The translations under genes and the position numbers were made by a program. Positions 38,960 through 52,994 of a stretch of DNA of 64,000 nucleotides are shown here, in pieces (the stretch's first letter is position 1; each line of letters begins with the position of its first letter). This DNA comes from Octopus vulgaris (taxonomy: Eukaryota): NCBI GenBank assembly GCA_951406725.2, contig OX597817.1, forward strand, positions 174,964,001 to 175,028,000, read 5' to 3'. The notes under the pieces are model-generated. The model saw only the letters and a list, made by a program, of their open reading frames with translations. It searched no databases and was not told the DNA's origin.

Positions 38960-39467
38960 TGTATGTATGTATGTATGCAATGTATGTATGTATGCATGTA
39001 TGTATGAAATGTATGTATGCATGTATGTATGTGTGTATGTATGTATGTGTGTGTGTATGTATGTATGTATGTATGTATGTATGTATGTATGCAATGTATA
39101 TAAGTATGTATGTTTATGTATATATGTGTATATATATATATACACACACATATATATGTATATATATATACACACATATATATGTATATATATATACACA
39201 CATATATATGTATATATATATACACACATATATATGTATATATATATACACACATATATATGTATATATATATACACACATATATGTATACATATATATA
39301 CACACATATATATGTATATATATATATATACACACACATATATATGTATATATATGTTAAGGTATGGATGTAATGTATGTTGTAAATGTGTGTATATCTT
39401 TGAAAATGTAATATGAGTAATGTATATATGTATGTAAGATAATATATGTGCACCTATGCATATGTAT

Positions 39468-39512
<45 letters not shown>

Positions 39513-39645
39513 GTATATATGCATATTTATATATTGTATATGTGTTTATGTATGTAATGTATGTATGAATGAATATATATATGCCTGTATATATGTGTGT
39601 ATGTGTGTAATATATGTGTGTGTTTATGTCTGTATGCATATACAT
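38960..39645. repeat. Compound microsatellite with a 24-bp higher-order unit TATATATATACACACATATATATG
   Basis: Direct reading. Confidence 0.93.
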
Positions 39646-41996
39646 TGTGTGTAAATTTTCCTAAATGCATTGTTGCTGAAAGAATGTAAAAGTAATAATT
39701 GGAAAATATTAACTTCCTTGCTCACACCTGCTTTATTTTCTATTCACCCATGCATTACATGAAAGATAATAATAAAATAAAGTTGTCTTGCCTCTCTTTA
39801 CAAGTTTATATAAAGTTATTTTCTTTATATATCAGTTTATATTATATTTCGTGTTTGGATTTGGTTTGCAAGATTCTTTATATGAGTTCGTGTGTTGAAG
39901 CATATTCAATAGTCAAGACTATTGAAAAGGTTGCAAGATGCAACGGAAATTTTAGGAAAATAAAAATAAGAAAAAAGTGGAAATTTTACCAGTGAGTGTG
40001 TTATAATATAAGGCACAAAAAAGAAAATGACTCTCCCCAGACACAACAGTTTCTATTACGTTTATCATTTTTTATTTCCAAAAAAACAAAAAAAAAATTA
40101 TTAAAAAAAAACTTGTTGGACATCAACCTCATAATTACTGTTGTCATAGCCATCATCATCACCATCACCATCACCACCACCACCACCATCACTATCGAAT
40201 TTTTTCAAATATTGTGATGAACATTTATGATAGTGAGGGACAGCTGCAATTAAATGCAACTTTAAATTATAATCTTTTTCCTATTTATAGAATAATGTCT
40301 GCAAAAGTAGACACCAACTAATCAACCCCTCACCCCATCACCCAATAAAAGAAAAATCTTCCGATTTTGCTGTTGATTTCTTCTGATGTCATTTTTGTCA
40401 TATGATGCTTGATGGCAACTGAAAGAATGTTCCAGGCTTTCTACATACATTATTATACTGGCACTGCTGTATAAACTGCAGTCTTGGATCTACAACTCTA
40501 CTTTCATTCTTCCAGTCTTTCATTCTTTCATTTTTGCTTTTTTCACTCAATCTCTTTTCCTAATTTTTGTTTTCATTTGATTTTTTTTTTGTTTTGTTTA
40601 AAAAATTCTTGTTACACAGAATATCTTTTCTTTCATTTAGAAAACTGTAGAACTCGTAAAAAAGCTATTAAAAAAATTTCAATGATAGGTTTTTTTTGTT
40701 TCTTGCTTTACATTTTTAATGTCGCTATGCGACAAAGTGGGAGAGCTGCTTAATGTTTATGAGACTAATGACTGAAAAAGCCCAGAAAAGTCATTAAATA
40801 CTCTTTAATTAGACGATTACAGGTCTTTGTTCATATGCGTTTATCAAAAGCATTTTCACTTTGGCAATATTCCAGTGCATGATTTAGCAACAGATCAAAC
40901 TGGAAATCAAGGAATTTCATCTTAAACTCCCAACCTTGTTATTTGCTTATTTTATGGAGAAACACATAAGCATTTCAGGTTTGGAATTTCTAAAAGACTG
41001 AATTAGAATTTGAACATTTTGGAAACATTTAAATTTGAAACTTCTGTTAGTCTGAAAGCATTTAAAATTTTAGGGTATAGAATGAATCTCACTTGTTTTG
41101 ATGTGGTTGATGTTTTTATTTGATAAAATTTTATGTTTTCTTTGGAATTTAATGTTTATTCAGTTTTTAGCAAATAAATGATACATTTATTTATCTTTTT
41201 CTATCATTCATGTTATTCCCTCGGAGAAATATCATTGCTGTTTTCATGATAGGTTTACATTATTTTCACTAGATTTTATAATGCTAAACAGCATGACGAG
41301 GAAAAACAGGCTGTTTTGCACAAGACTGATAGCAGGAGAGAACAAAATTCCTTTACTTAGGGTTGAAATGTTAATACTGATCTGCTGAGATGTTAGGAGT
41401 AAATTTATGGGTAGTTTTTTTTTAAAGAGCACCCCCTACTTAGCATAGATAAGTTTTTAGAGACCATAGTATACTCCCTACTAAGAAAACTAATTTTGCC
41501 CACACCCATTCATGATTCTGTAAAAATATTTGCTATCATTGGCGTGGTGCAGCAGAGCAAGGCTGCAGGTTTGGCCTTATATTTGTGCTCAAATTTTCTA
41601 TTGATTTCCCTATCTCTCTCTGCGATCAATAAATTTTAAGTACCAACTATATACTGAGGGATGGGGGTTTGAGACTCCTTCACTTGATTTTACCACTGAT
41701 TGCTCTGTAAATTTCTGGTGTTGTTTCTATATGACTCATAATTTGTTATTTTATGAAGTATTTTAAAGTGCTTCTGTGTCAGCTATTTTTTACCTTTATG
41801 TTAGTATGTCTTACATGAATGATTTCATCATGAATTGAATGATTCAGACAGAAAATCTAGGACTAGATTATTCACTTGAATGACCACGGAGAGTCTCCTT
41901 TGATGTTTTATGAGAAGTAGAATTATTGTTGGTCTTTGCTGTTTTAGGTATTTATGAAATATTTTGTGTGAAGGACTCTTATAAAGAAATGATTCT

Positions 41997-42200
41997 TTTA
42001 AAATTTAGCCCAAGGCCAACAGTTTTGAGGTGGGGGTGGGGTAATTGCATCAACCCCAGTGTTCAGTTGGTTCTTATTTTATTGACTGTGAAAGGATGAA
42101 AGGCAAAGTTAACCTTGGCAGAATTTGAACTCAGAAAGAAAAAAACTGGAAGAAATACCACTAAGCATTTTGTCCAACATGCTAACGATTCTACCTGCTC
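41997..42200 (-). mobile_element. SINE family B
   Basis: Homology to other family B copies. Confidence 0.75.
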
Positions 42201-42235
42201 ATTTGCCTTATAAACAATAGTAATAATAATAATTA

Positions 42236-42534
42236 GCGAGGTCGTTGCCAGTGCCGCTGGACTGGCTCCTGTGCAGCTGAGACGTAAAAAACACCATTTG
42301 AGCATGGCTGTTGCCAGTACCACCTGACTGGCCCTCGTGCCAGTGGCACGTAAAAGCACCCACTGCACTCTTGGAGTGGTTGGCGTTAGGAAGGGCATCC
42401 AGCTGTAGAAACTCTGCCAGATCAAGATTGGAGCCTGGTGCAGCCATCTGGTTTGCCAGTCCTCAGTCAAATCGTCCAACCCATGCTAGCATGGAAAGCG
42501 GACGTTAAACAATGATGATGATGATGATGATGAT
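42236..42534 (+). mobile_element. RTE LINE 3' UTR fragment with (GAT)n tail
   Basis: Near-identical to 1073-1311 and 28400-28670. Confidence 0.87.
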
Positions 42535-43764
42535 AGTGATACTAATTTCTAACAGGTGCAAGGGTTTGTTTTTGAGGGGTAGTATAGTTGATTTAACTCT
42601 GTCATTTCCCTATTTCTGTTGAAATACATACACTGTCTTTGTTTCAATTCATTTTGCAAATAACAAAGAATTTATCAAAATAACTTTGTCCTATTTAAGA
42701 TGGTGTTAAGAACATAAATAACATGAAATATTGATGGAAGGTTTTAACTGAGATCATTTTAAAACAGGGAGTTCATATCATTGAGTCAGGGGTGGCCTCA
42801 AGTGGATTGTAAGAAAACCAGTATTTGATAGGAACTTTATTTTATCAATGTCACCCAGAAGAATGAAAGTCAAAGTTCGCCTTGGTATGACTTGAACTCA
42901 GAATGCAAAAAGAAATAACTAAAGACTGTAAGAAGCATATTATTAGTCATTCTACCAAATCTGTCAATTCACAGCTCATATTATTAATAATATTTACGGA
43001 GGAAAATACATGAATTTTCATGATGTGTATATGATCTTGTTTGGACAAACATCAGAATTCTATTTCCTTTACCTCAATATTATGAGGGGAGGTGATCAAT
43101 GACGCAACCGGCAATTAGATTCATTACAAGGGTTATTTGAGAGATATCATTAAGTAACATTGAACTGCTTTTGTGGTAGTTCCCTATCTCTCTTACCAAA
43201 ACATTTTGACATTTGTCTGTTACTTCATTTCCTTTTAGTCATTCTATCTGCAGGGGGTGTTCCTTATAACATGCGGATTTCTCTAGAACTGGAAATGTGT
43301 ATGGGATGAGTCAATTTTTATGTGGTTAATACAAAACTCTGAAGAAGGCTTGGTAATGCTTAGCAGACGTTCACAGTGAGTGGTGTGGGGGTGAAAGTAA
43401 AAGAGAGAATGAATTCCATACATTGTGCAGTTCTAAACAAAAGACTATGTTTGATGTAGTGCATGAATAATAGCTAGACCATGGAGAGAAGACATGTAAA
43501 AAAACAAAAAGCTGGATATATCAAGCAATTGAAAGAGCTTGTAATAATAGACTACAATATGAAGATCAATCCATAAGAAATTGTTGTTGTTGTTGTTTGT
43601 TGTTTAGCCCTTGCCCAGACTTGATTTAGAAGACCTATGATCAGAAGTGTTCTAGTCATGACCAACCTGTTTTTGAAAGTGATTTTTAGGCATCATTTAT
43701 CTAATGTTACATTGTCCTATGTAATTTGTCTGCAAGGAAGCAGACTGATAAGACTGGGTATAAT

Positions 43765-44186
43765 TTAACCCATTTGTTCCTATATTTCAAGAGAAATACA
43801 CTGTTATTGTTTTAATCAATTTTGTAAGTGCTGCATTAAAAGCACGGGTGTTGGTTCCACATAAAAAGTACCCTATACACTCTGGTGTTGGAAAGGGCAT
43901 CTTTCTGTAGAAACCATACCAGAACAGACAATGTAGCTTGGTGCAGCCCCTGTGGCCTTACCAGCGCTGGTCAAACCTTTCAACCCATGCCAGCATGAAA
44001 AACAGATGCTAAATGATGATGATGATGATGATGATGATTAGTAAAATAACTTTGTCATTTTCAAGCTGGTGTTTGGAACATAAATTAACATGAAATAAAT
44101 TTTATTAGAAGATTTTAATTGAGATCATTTAAATTAAGAATACGAACCAGGGTAGGTTTCAGGTAGGTTGATATCAAAAGGGTTAA
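43765..44186. mobile_element. piggyBac-like MITE family P2 with a nested RTE 3' end (about 43830-44037)
   Basis: TTAACCCATTT...AAAAGGGTTAA termini. Confidence 0.7.
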
Positions 44187-44639
44187 GGGAAATTCAGTTG
44201 CTATTTCTAGCCAGTCAACTAACTGTAAAGCTTCTTCAATGATCAGACGGAATTCCAATGAAGGAAATAAACGAAATTTCTCACATCTAAAAGCAAATAA
44301 ATAAATAAATAAATTACATAAACCAAAACATAAAGTTTCCATTTTGTTTCATATTCTAAATGTCATCAATTAGTCAGAGTGAAAATCAAATCTTTGTCTC
44401 TAGAGATAAAGAAAATTCCGGAAGATGTCCTTGGCTACATTAAGATTTTTAGCATATGTAATGTGTAGTGTTTAATTTCCTTGAAATTTGCTGACCTTCA
44501 GATGTGGTTACATTTCTTCCTTAAAATAACAGTACTGTGAAATTATTCATAATGGTTTTGTTGTTCATGTAACCACATTTCAAAAAGTATGAAACAATTA
44601 ACCTTTAATGTCATATATATATACATATACATACATACA

Positions 44640-44670
<31 letters not shown>

Positions 44671-44681
44671 TCGTATATTTG

Positions 44682-44773
44682 TAATGAGATAAAACCCCAA
44701 GGCTGTGTAGATTTTAGAACATTTTTAGATAAATGTTCTAAAATCTACACAGCCTTGGTTTTTCATCTCATTA
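44682..44773. repeat. 43-bp inverted repeat within a (TA)n-flanked insert
   Basis: TAATGAGATAAAACCCCAAGGCTGTGTAGATTTTAGAACATTT pairs with AAATGTTCTAAAATCTACACAGCCTTGGTTTTTCATCTCATTA. Confidence 0.85.
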
Positions 44774-44933
44774 TGAAAAAATTTTATATACACACACTGA
44801 CATATGACCGACGTTGAACCCCTTATTCGCATAATCACTGAACCTCGAACTTAACTACAGTCTATCTACTTTAGTACTTATTCAGCATTACCTGACACCT
44901 TTGGGTCTCAATGACACCATTACCTCTCATAAC

Positions 44934-44981
<48 letters not shown>

Positions 44982-45384
44982 GGAATTTCATTCTCTTTGA
45001 AGACACAAGGTCTCATTATTTTTATTTTCTGTGTCAGAAAATTTTAGTTTTGTGTCTCTGCCTTTTGATAATAGACATGGCTTTGTGGATAAGAAGTTGC
45101 TTTCAAATACATAGTTTGAAGTTCAATTCTACTGTGTTATCTTGAGCTCTGGGCCTATCAATACCTTGTGAGTAGATTTCATAGGCAGAAACTGGAAGAA
45201 GCCCATTGTATTTGTATATGTGTGTGTAAATATATATTAATTATACACACAGGCATACATACATACATACATACATACGTACGTACGTACGTACATACAT
45301 ACATACATACATACATACATACATACATACATACGTACGTACGTACGTACATACATACATACATACATACATACATACATACAT

Positions 45385-45630
45385 ACATACATGGGTTTGT
45401 GTCTTTTTGTATTGACATTGTGCAATAGTTGTAAATGAGTATTGCTGCCATACAGGTGATGTTCTTTGTTTTCCAGTCTTCTGTGAAGACATGTCCAGTC
45501 CTGGGAAAATATCATCTTGCTTGGGAACAGGTGAGGGTCGGTGACAAGAAGGGCATCTGACCATAGAAAATCTGCCTCAACAAATTCAATCTGACGCTTG
45601 AACATTAAAACAATGATGACAGTGATGATG
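45385..45630 (+). mobile_element. SINE-like family E 3' part with RTE-type tail
   Basis: ACAGGTGAGGGTCGGTGACAAGAAGGGCATC motif followed by a GAT tail. Confidence 0.6.
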
Positions 45631-45655
45631 AACAGTCATATGGAGTTTCCTCAAG

Positions 45656-45791
45656 GAGCTTGCTTCTCAACCACATGGTTCCGGGTTCAGTCCCACTGTG
45701 TGGCACCTTTGGCAAGTGTCTTCTGTTATAGCCTTAGGCTGACCAAAGTCTAGTGAGTGGATTTGGTGACAGAAACTGAAAGAAGCACATC

Positions 45792-45828
<37 letters not shown>

Positions 45829-46037
45829 TATATATATATACATTTATATATATATCTATGTGTGTGTTTGTTCCCCCATCACTACTTGATAACTGGTTCA
45901 GCAAAAGAGACTGATAGAATAAGTACTGGGCTTATTTTAAGTCCCGAGGTTGATTTGTTCGACTGAAACCCTTCAAGGCAGTGCTCCAGTATGGCCACAA
46001 TCAAATGACTGAAACAAGTAAAAGAATAAAAGAATAA
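45656..46037 (+). mobile_element. SINE family A
   Basis: Homology to 3411-3812. Confidence 0.82.
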
Positions 46038-46546
46038 ACTGATTGTTCTGAATCTGTCATCGTCTATTGTTGACTTATACTTTCCCTTTTTGTTCTGTTT
46101 TGATTTTTGATACATTGTCCATAAACTAAATACTTAACACAGCTGAAAGTAGGAAATACCAGCTAGTCTGAACAAGTGCCAAACAGTGGTCTAAACAACA
46201 TTATTAAATGTAGCTATATATCACGTCATACATTGTTAACAACTTGATATGTAAGTTTTTTGACGAAAATCTTTGACATGCATCAGAAATTCATGTCAAT
46301 GACATTTTAAAAATATTGTTTGTTAGATTAGTTTTTTGCTAAATGAGGCACTATAAGGTTGGTAAAATATCAAGAATGATTTTCCTTTCATTTTCCTTGT
46401 ACTTGTTTCATTCATTAGACTACAACAGTGCTGGGGTACTGCCTTGAAGGGTTTAGTTGAACAAAACCCCAATAAACAAATCAACTCTGGTTGTCAAACT
46501 GTAGAGTGGGAGCAGGCAAACACAGACACAAGGACATGAGTGGGTG

Positions 46547-46762
46547 AGTGGGGTGCTGAAAAGTTCCTGGCTTTGGGTAAAAGAAAATACAGGAGGATCA
46601 GCTAATTATGGTTTTATCCAACTAATTCCCTTCTTAGATTCACACACTTATTGCGGTGGTCCGTCAGTTTTTCTAAGCCCTGTAAAAGAACTTGGGAGGT
46701 TGGGCCTCCAACCAGGCCTTTCACGATGCCCTTTCAGCCAGGAACCTTTCCACACCCCCTCG
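46547..46762. mobile_element. Mariner-type MITE, second copy
   Basis: Homologous to 11484-11684; ends CCCCCTCG|TA. Confidence 0.8.
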
Positions 46763-46929
46763 TATATATATAGTGGCATCAATATGATGAGCTTCTTTCT
46801 ATAAGACACTGGCTAGCTTGGAGTTATAGTAGAAAACACTTGCTCAAGGTGCTGTGCAGTGAGATTGAATATGACACTGTGTAGTTACAAAATGAGCTTC
46901 TTAGTCATACAGCCAAGTTTGCACCTGTC

Positions 46930-47578
46930 TTATTTCTTTATTGCCCACAAGAGGCTAAACACAGAGGGGACAAACAGGGACAGACAAAGGGATGATTAAG
47001 TCGATTACATTGACCCCAGTGCGTAACTGGTACTTAAGGCGGTGAGCTGACAGAAATGTTAGCACGCCAGGCAAAATGTGTAGCTGTATTTCGTCTGCTG
47101 TTACGTTCCGAGTTCAAATTCCGCCGAGGTCGACTTTGCCTTTCATCCTTTCGGGGTCGATGAAATAAGTACCAGTTACGCACTGGGGTCGATATAATCG
47201 ACTTAATCCGTTTGTCGGTCCTGTTTGTCCCCTCTGTGTTTAGCCCCTTGTGGGTAGTAAAGAAATAGGTACTAAATTTATCGACCCGTAAAGGCAAAGT
47301 CGACCTCGGCGGAATTTGAACTCAGAACGTAACAATGAGCAAAATACCTATTTCTTTATTACCCACAAGAGGTTAAACAGAGAGGGGACAAACAAGGACA
47401 GACATAGGTATTAAGTCGATTGCATCGACCCCAGTGCGTAACTGGTACTTAATTTATCGACCCTGAAAGGATGAAAGGCAAAGTCAACCTCGGTGGAATT
47501 TGAACTCAGAATGTAAAGACAGCCAAAATACCGCTAAGCATTTCGCCTGGCGTGCTAATGATTCTACCAGCTCGCCAA
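46930..47578. mobile_element. Minus-strand tandem SINE family B dimer with a plus-strand family B copy (47038-47270) nested in it
   Basis: The minus copy breaks at GGTACTTAA and resumes after GGTACTAAA. Confidence 0.85.
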
Positions 47579-48269
47579 CCACACAAAAACACAATTATTG
47601 TTAGAGTACTTGGATACATGAGTCTTTTCTATAGTTTACACATTTTGGAAAGGTGTATAGTGTAGTTGAGCAAACCCTTGTATCTTGTGTCAGCACAAGA
47701 AAATGTATGCAGACGCAGAAATGGCAATGATTACTTCATATTTGAGTTTCACTTTATATCAGCTATGCCATTGTCATAATTTGTTGTATTTCTTATGCCA
47801 TTGTTCAATTAATGTATAATGACAAGCGTGTCACCGTGATTGGTTTGTGAGGAAGTTTGATATTTTAGTACAATCTGCTCACGTGATAATATTGTGGCCT
47901 ACATTTTCTCAGATATTTTCGTGGGCAATATGACATTGTATCTATCATTCCACACCCTTGAAATATTTGTCTATATTGCATATGATTTTTTTATCTTACG
48001 CAGTATGATATGTTGAGATTATGACGATGATATTAAAAAGTACTGTGAATGTTACTGTAATTATTTTATTTTCAAATCAATGCTTCTTTTTTTTTTGAGC
48101 TTTCTTGGCGTCTCTGAATGTCAATTTCTCAGTTGCATAACAAATTGCTTTGTGTATAAGAACTATGTATACATACACCACAGATATATACGCGAATATA
48201 TATAGACACATACAAATGCACAAACTCTCAGACCCACTCACACGAATTTTAGTTGAATGAATCAACCCT

Positions 48270-48570
48270 GCTATTTATTGATTTTTCTAAAGCCTGGTAC
48301 TTATTCTGTCAGTCTCTTTTGTCGAACTGCTTGGTTAAGAGGACATAAACGCACCAACAACAGTTGTTAAGTGGGAGTGGTGGACACAGACACAAACACA
48401 CACACACACTTGTTTCATTTTCTGCCTACCAAATCTGCTCACAAGGATTGGATCAGCTTGAGACTATGAGAAAAGTCACTTGCTTAAGGTGTTAAGCAGA
48501 GGGAATGGGATTGAACCCTGAACCATGCGGTTGGGAAGCAAACTTCTTACCACGCAACCACGCCTGCACC
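48270..48570 (-). mobile_element. Degenerate SINE family A
   Basis: Homology to 3411-3812. Confidence 0.7.
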
Positions 48571-50109
48571 CACAAATGTATTGACCAGAATAAAATCATC
48601 AATTGCTATTCACATCCACCCCACTTCTGTTTTAACACCACATACAAAAACATGACATCTAAGACCAACTTCAACTACAAACTTATGCTTAACCCTGGCA
48701 GGTAAGCACTTTTTTGGTCAATACATATGCCCCAACACCCACAGATAACTTTCACATTCACAAAATAGCAACATGATAAAGAGCTATCTATACTACACAC
48801 ATACTCATGTTTGAATGCACACGATTACACAGTTTCTGACTGTTGTATGCATACCCATACTTGCATGGTGGAAGTCAACTTGTGTTCAGGTATAGCCACT
48901 TTTTGGAAAGTTATAAATTTCCTGGATATCATCAAAGAAACTCACAAAGAGAGGACAAGGTGCTGGATTTCTGTTCAATTCTTTGTTTTGACAACCTTTT
49001 CAAGGTATTTCTTGATTAACAGTGAGCAGTGCTATCTCAAGAAAAGGCTGCTCAATCATTCAAGTTTCTGCCAAATCACTCCATTGCCATAGTTCAGAAA
49101 AAAAGTGACCAATATTTGAAGTTACCTCTGTGCAGGTTTTCAGTTAAATACTTCCAGTTGGCTAAGACTTTATTTTCCCCTACTTTCACTACTGCAGGAT
49201 CTTTTTTTTTTTTGCTATTGTATATTTTCCAAGAGGCTTTGGTGTATGAAATTGATTATAATGAGTGAAGCATGCATAGAACTGAACTTTGCAGATAAAC
49301 AATTTCCTCCCAGTTGCACATTATTGGCTGGGATGACCAAAAACTAAACAATCCTCAGAAACTGAACGGTCACCAGAATAGTCTTGTCCTAGACTGATGT
49401 TCCTACAAGAACTAGACATTCATCAGTCCCAGGTGATTTTGAGACACACTTGTTGACCCTCATCTGTAATTCTGTGCCCCATACACAACTGCTAAATAGT
49501 TGTTGATCCTATGCTGGGCTCATTTTCCTTTTTGTCGTACATTTTTTGTCCTGTTGAGCTTCTAGCAACCCTCCTCACCAAACAAACCTGGTTGAGGAAG
49601 GCTCATTTACTCCCCAATGATCTGATTATGCAGCAAGGTTTACCAGACTACATGTTACCAATAACACTTATAAATGATCTGACCGATGGCCACTGCAAAA
49701 AAAAAAAAATCCTAGCAGAGACATGCTCTTACTAATGTGTGCACACACACACTTCCAACCATGTACACACACACACACTTGATCAACAAATACACCACTT
49801 TGAGTATCAGCTGCACACCCCATTCTACCAAACCCACTCCAGCCACTACTGGTCTGGTTTGACCATCCAGCATCCACTGGCAGTTTGGTTCCACTATTCA
49901 ACTTTCATGTTATAAACTGGCTGCCCTTATTAAAACCTACTCACACACACACACAGAAGGATCAGCATGGCAACACTACAGCCTTCCACTGACAAACATG
50001 TCTACCCAGTATGTACACACAGATGGAATTAGCACTTTATGCAACACACACATATATGCACACAAAAACACCTATCTACACACACACACACACACACGCA
50101 TGTACAAAT

Positions 50110-50474
50110 ACTCTTTTACTCTTTTACTTGTTTCAGTCATTTGACTGTGACCATGCTTATTCTATCGGTCTCTTTTGCTGAACTGCTAAGTTATGGGGAC
50201 GTAAACACACCAGCATCGGTTGTCAAGCGATGTTGGGGGGGGGGGGGACAAACACAGACACAAACATATATACACACACACATACACACTCATATATATA
50301 TATATATATATACAAAGGGCTTCTTTCAGTTTCCGTCTACCAAAGCCACTCACAAGGTTTTGATCGGCTCGAAGCTATAGCAGAAGACACTTGCCCAAGG
50401 TGCCACGCAGTGGGAATGAACCCGGAACCGTGTGGCTGGTAAGCAAACTACTTACCACACAGCCATTCCTGCGC
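50110..50474 (-). mobile_element. SINE family A
   Basis: Homology to 3411-3812. Confidence 0.85.
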
Positions 50475-50887
50475 TATTATGTTAACCATTTTCATACACA
50501 CACACACACACACACACAATCTAGCATGACAAGGTGTGCATGTACATTCACATGCAAAAATCTCATACATTAAAACTAAACACACACATACAAGACTTCA
50601 TAAGCTATTCACCCACATGCATGCACTAACATGCTTAGAAAAGTGTACACAAACATTAACCACTTTCATTCACATGCACATAGACTAACACAGATTGCAC
50701 ATATATAGCCTCATATAAACATTCATACATGCACAAAATATAGTAAGCTCAAATCTCTCATAGCACTTGTATGTACACAATGATGTGACAAAGCTACACT
50801 CACATAAGCCAGTACGATAAATCACACACGTTTAGTAATATACATAAACATACAGATATAGACACCATACCCAGACATAAATACATC

Positions 50888-51155
50888 CAGACTGGCCCCG
50901 TGCCACGGGCACGTAAAAAGCACCATCCGATCGTGGCCGTTTGCCAGACTCGTCTGGCACCTGTGCCAGTGGCACGTAAAAAGCACCCACTACACTCATG
51001 GAGTGGTTGGCGTTAGGAAGGGCATCCAGCCGTAGAAACACTGCCAGATCTGACAGGGCCTGATGAAGCCTTCCAGCTTCACAGACCCCAGTTGAACCGT
51101 CCAACCCATGCCAGCATGGAAAGCAGACACTAAACGATGATGATGGTGATGATGA
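50888..51155 (+). mobile_element. RTE LINE 3' UTR fragment
   Basis: Homology to 31419-31904. Confidence 0.85.
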
Positions 51156-51796
51156 TATCTATATTACCATTCAACAAACTGATGTACTCACATGAACAAT
51201 GATAAACACATAGAAAGCACATAATAGCCACACATACTCTGCTACCTTGTAACCTGTGACAATTGTAATCAATTGTTTTGCTTTAAACTTTTATTTTGCT
51301 TGTGTCTTTGAACAGCCAATTATTAAGCAATACATGGCCACATGCATATACCTAACCTACAAACACACATTCTTACACATGCATATACATGCACGAATGC
51401 AAACAAACATACACATACACACACAAGCACTTATGTATGCGCGTACCCAATAACATGATGTAAAAGCTATACTCACACACCCACAAACTAATAAACACAT
51501 GTTTTAGCTTCATAAATCGCACAGTGAATATACACATACAAATACATACTCTCGCTCCTTTCTTGTCATTTAAACCAAGAAACATACACACATACACACG
51601 CATACCTATGTAGTCAACAAGACAATTCCACACTCCTCTATATAATATACACATACATACATATCAATATACACACATGCCTACTATTCAGTATGAGATA
51701 ATTTTATAACCTTAACATAACATACACTCTCCTCCAACTCATATACACACCCCAACTTACACACACACACACTCATATATACACTTATATATGTGT

Positions 51797-52050
51797 GTGT
51801 CGATGGCACATAAAAAACACCATCCGAGCGTGGCCGTCTGCCAGCCTCGTCTGGCACCTGTGTCGGTGGCACATAAAATCACCCACTACACTCTGAGTGA
51901 TTGGCGTTAGGAAGGGCATCCAGCTGTAGAAACACTGCCAGATCTGACTGGCCTGGTGCAGCCTTCGGGCTTGCCAGACTCCAGTTGAACCGTCCAACCC
52001 ATGCTAGCATGGAAAGCGGACGTTAAACGATGATGATGATGATGATGATG

Positions 52051-52052
<2 letters not shown>
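51797..52052 (+). mobile_element. RTE LINE 3' UTR fragment
   Basis: Homology to 31419-31904. Confidence 0.85.
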
Positions 52053-52081
<29 letters not shown>

Positions 52082-52994
52082 GAGGTGTGTAAGGTATACA
52101 GATATGTGTTAAAGTATACATACATACATATATATATATACATACATATATACCTTAACACAACATAACACTCAAATATACCCACATTTCCACACAAATA
52201 CAAACATACTATAATCATAAATCAAACACACATGATATGCATTTGTAAACCATACATGCTTACACACGTGCTCTCTCTCTCACACACACACACAAATTGG
52301 TACTGGTTGTAAAACCAATGACATTTATTAATCAAAACCAACCTCTTCTTCCAACCCTGTACAATTCACACGCCTTACCATTTACAAATATACAAATGAG
52401 TGTATGTAAGCACACACACACACACACACACAAACATTGATTACCTACATAAATGTCTTTGATGATTTACAGTCAGCAGGAATTTTATATATTTATGGTA
52501 CCCAAGAGACACTGCTACCTGGTTAAAACTAATCACATACATCTGCATACACTCCCACAATTTAATTTCCCCTGGGCCGATAGCTATTCCTGCTTGACTT
52601 ACTGAAACAGACAGCTCATCCCTAAAGCCCTAAGGCTGATTGCCAATAAATATATCCACTCTGCCTTCTATATGCATCAAGTAATCATTTAAGCCATGGT
52701 CTTTCTGGCCCTCTACCAGTAATACCACACACACACATTCATAATCTTTGATTTGACATTTGCTTTTTCTATGGTAGCATGGGTTGAATGAGAGTAATAA
52801 TGACTGGATGCCTTCCCTGTTTCCAACCCTTGTTTTCCAAGTAAAGCATTTCTCTTTATCCCACTTGGTATTCAAACAGAATCAAACCACAAAGTATTGG
52901 GTTGGTTATTAATAAACACTATATCTCTCCATCTGTCTACTTACATGTCTTCTGTCTACCTGTTTGTCTGCCTGTCTATCTGTCTCTATACATC

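Noticed and set aside
44404-44457. 54-bp plus-strand exon (IKKIPEDVLGYIKIFSI)
   Set aside because: Weak donor AT|GTAATG and no recognised homology
48560-49900. Complex unique-looking segment with several 60-90 aa ORFs
   Set aside because: No motif, splice pattern or repeat identity could be supported by eye
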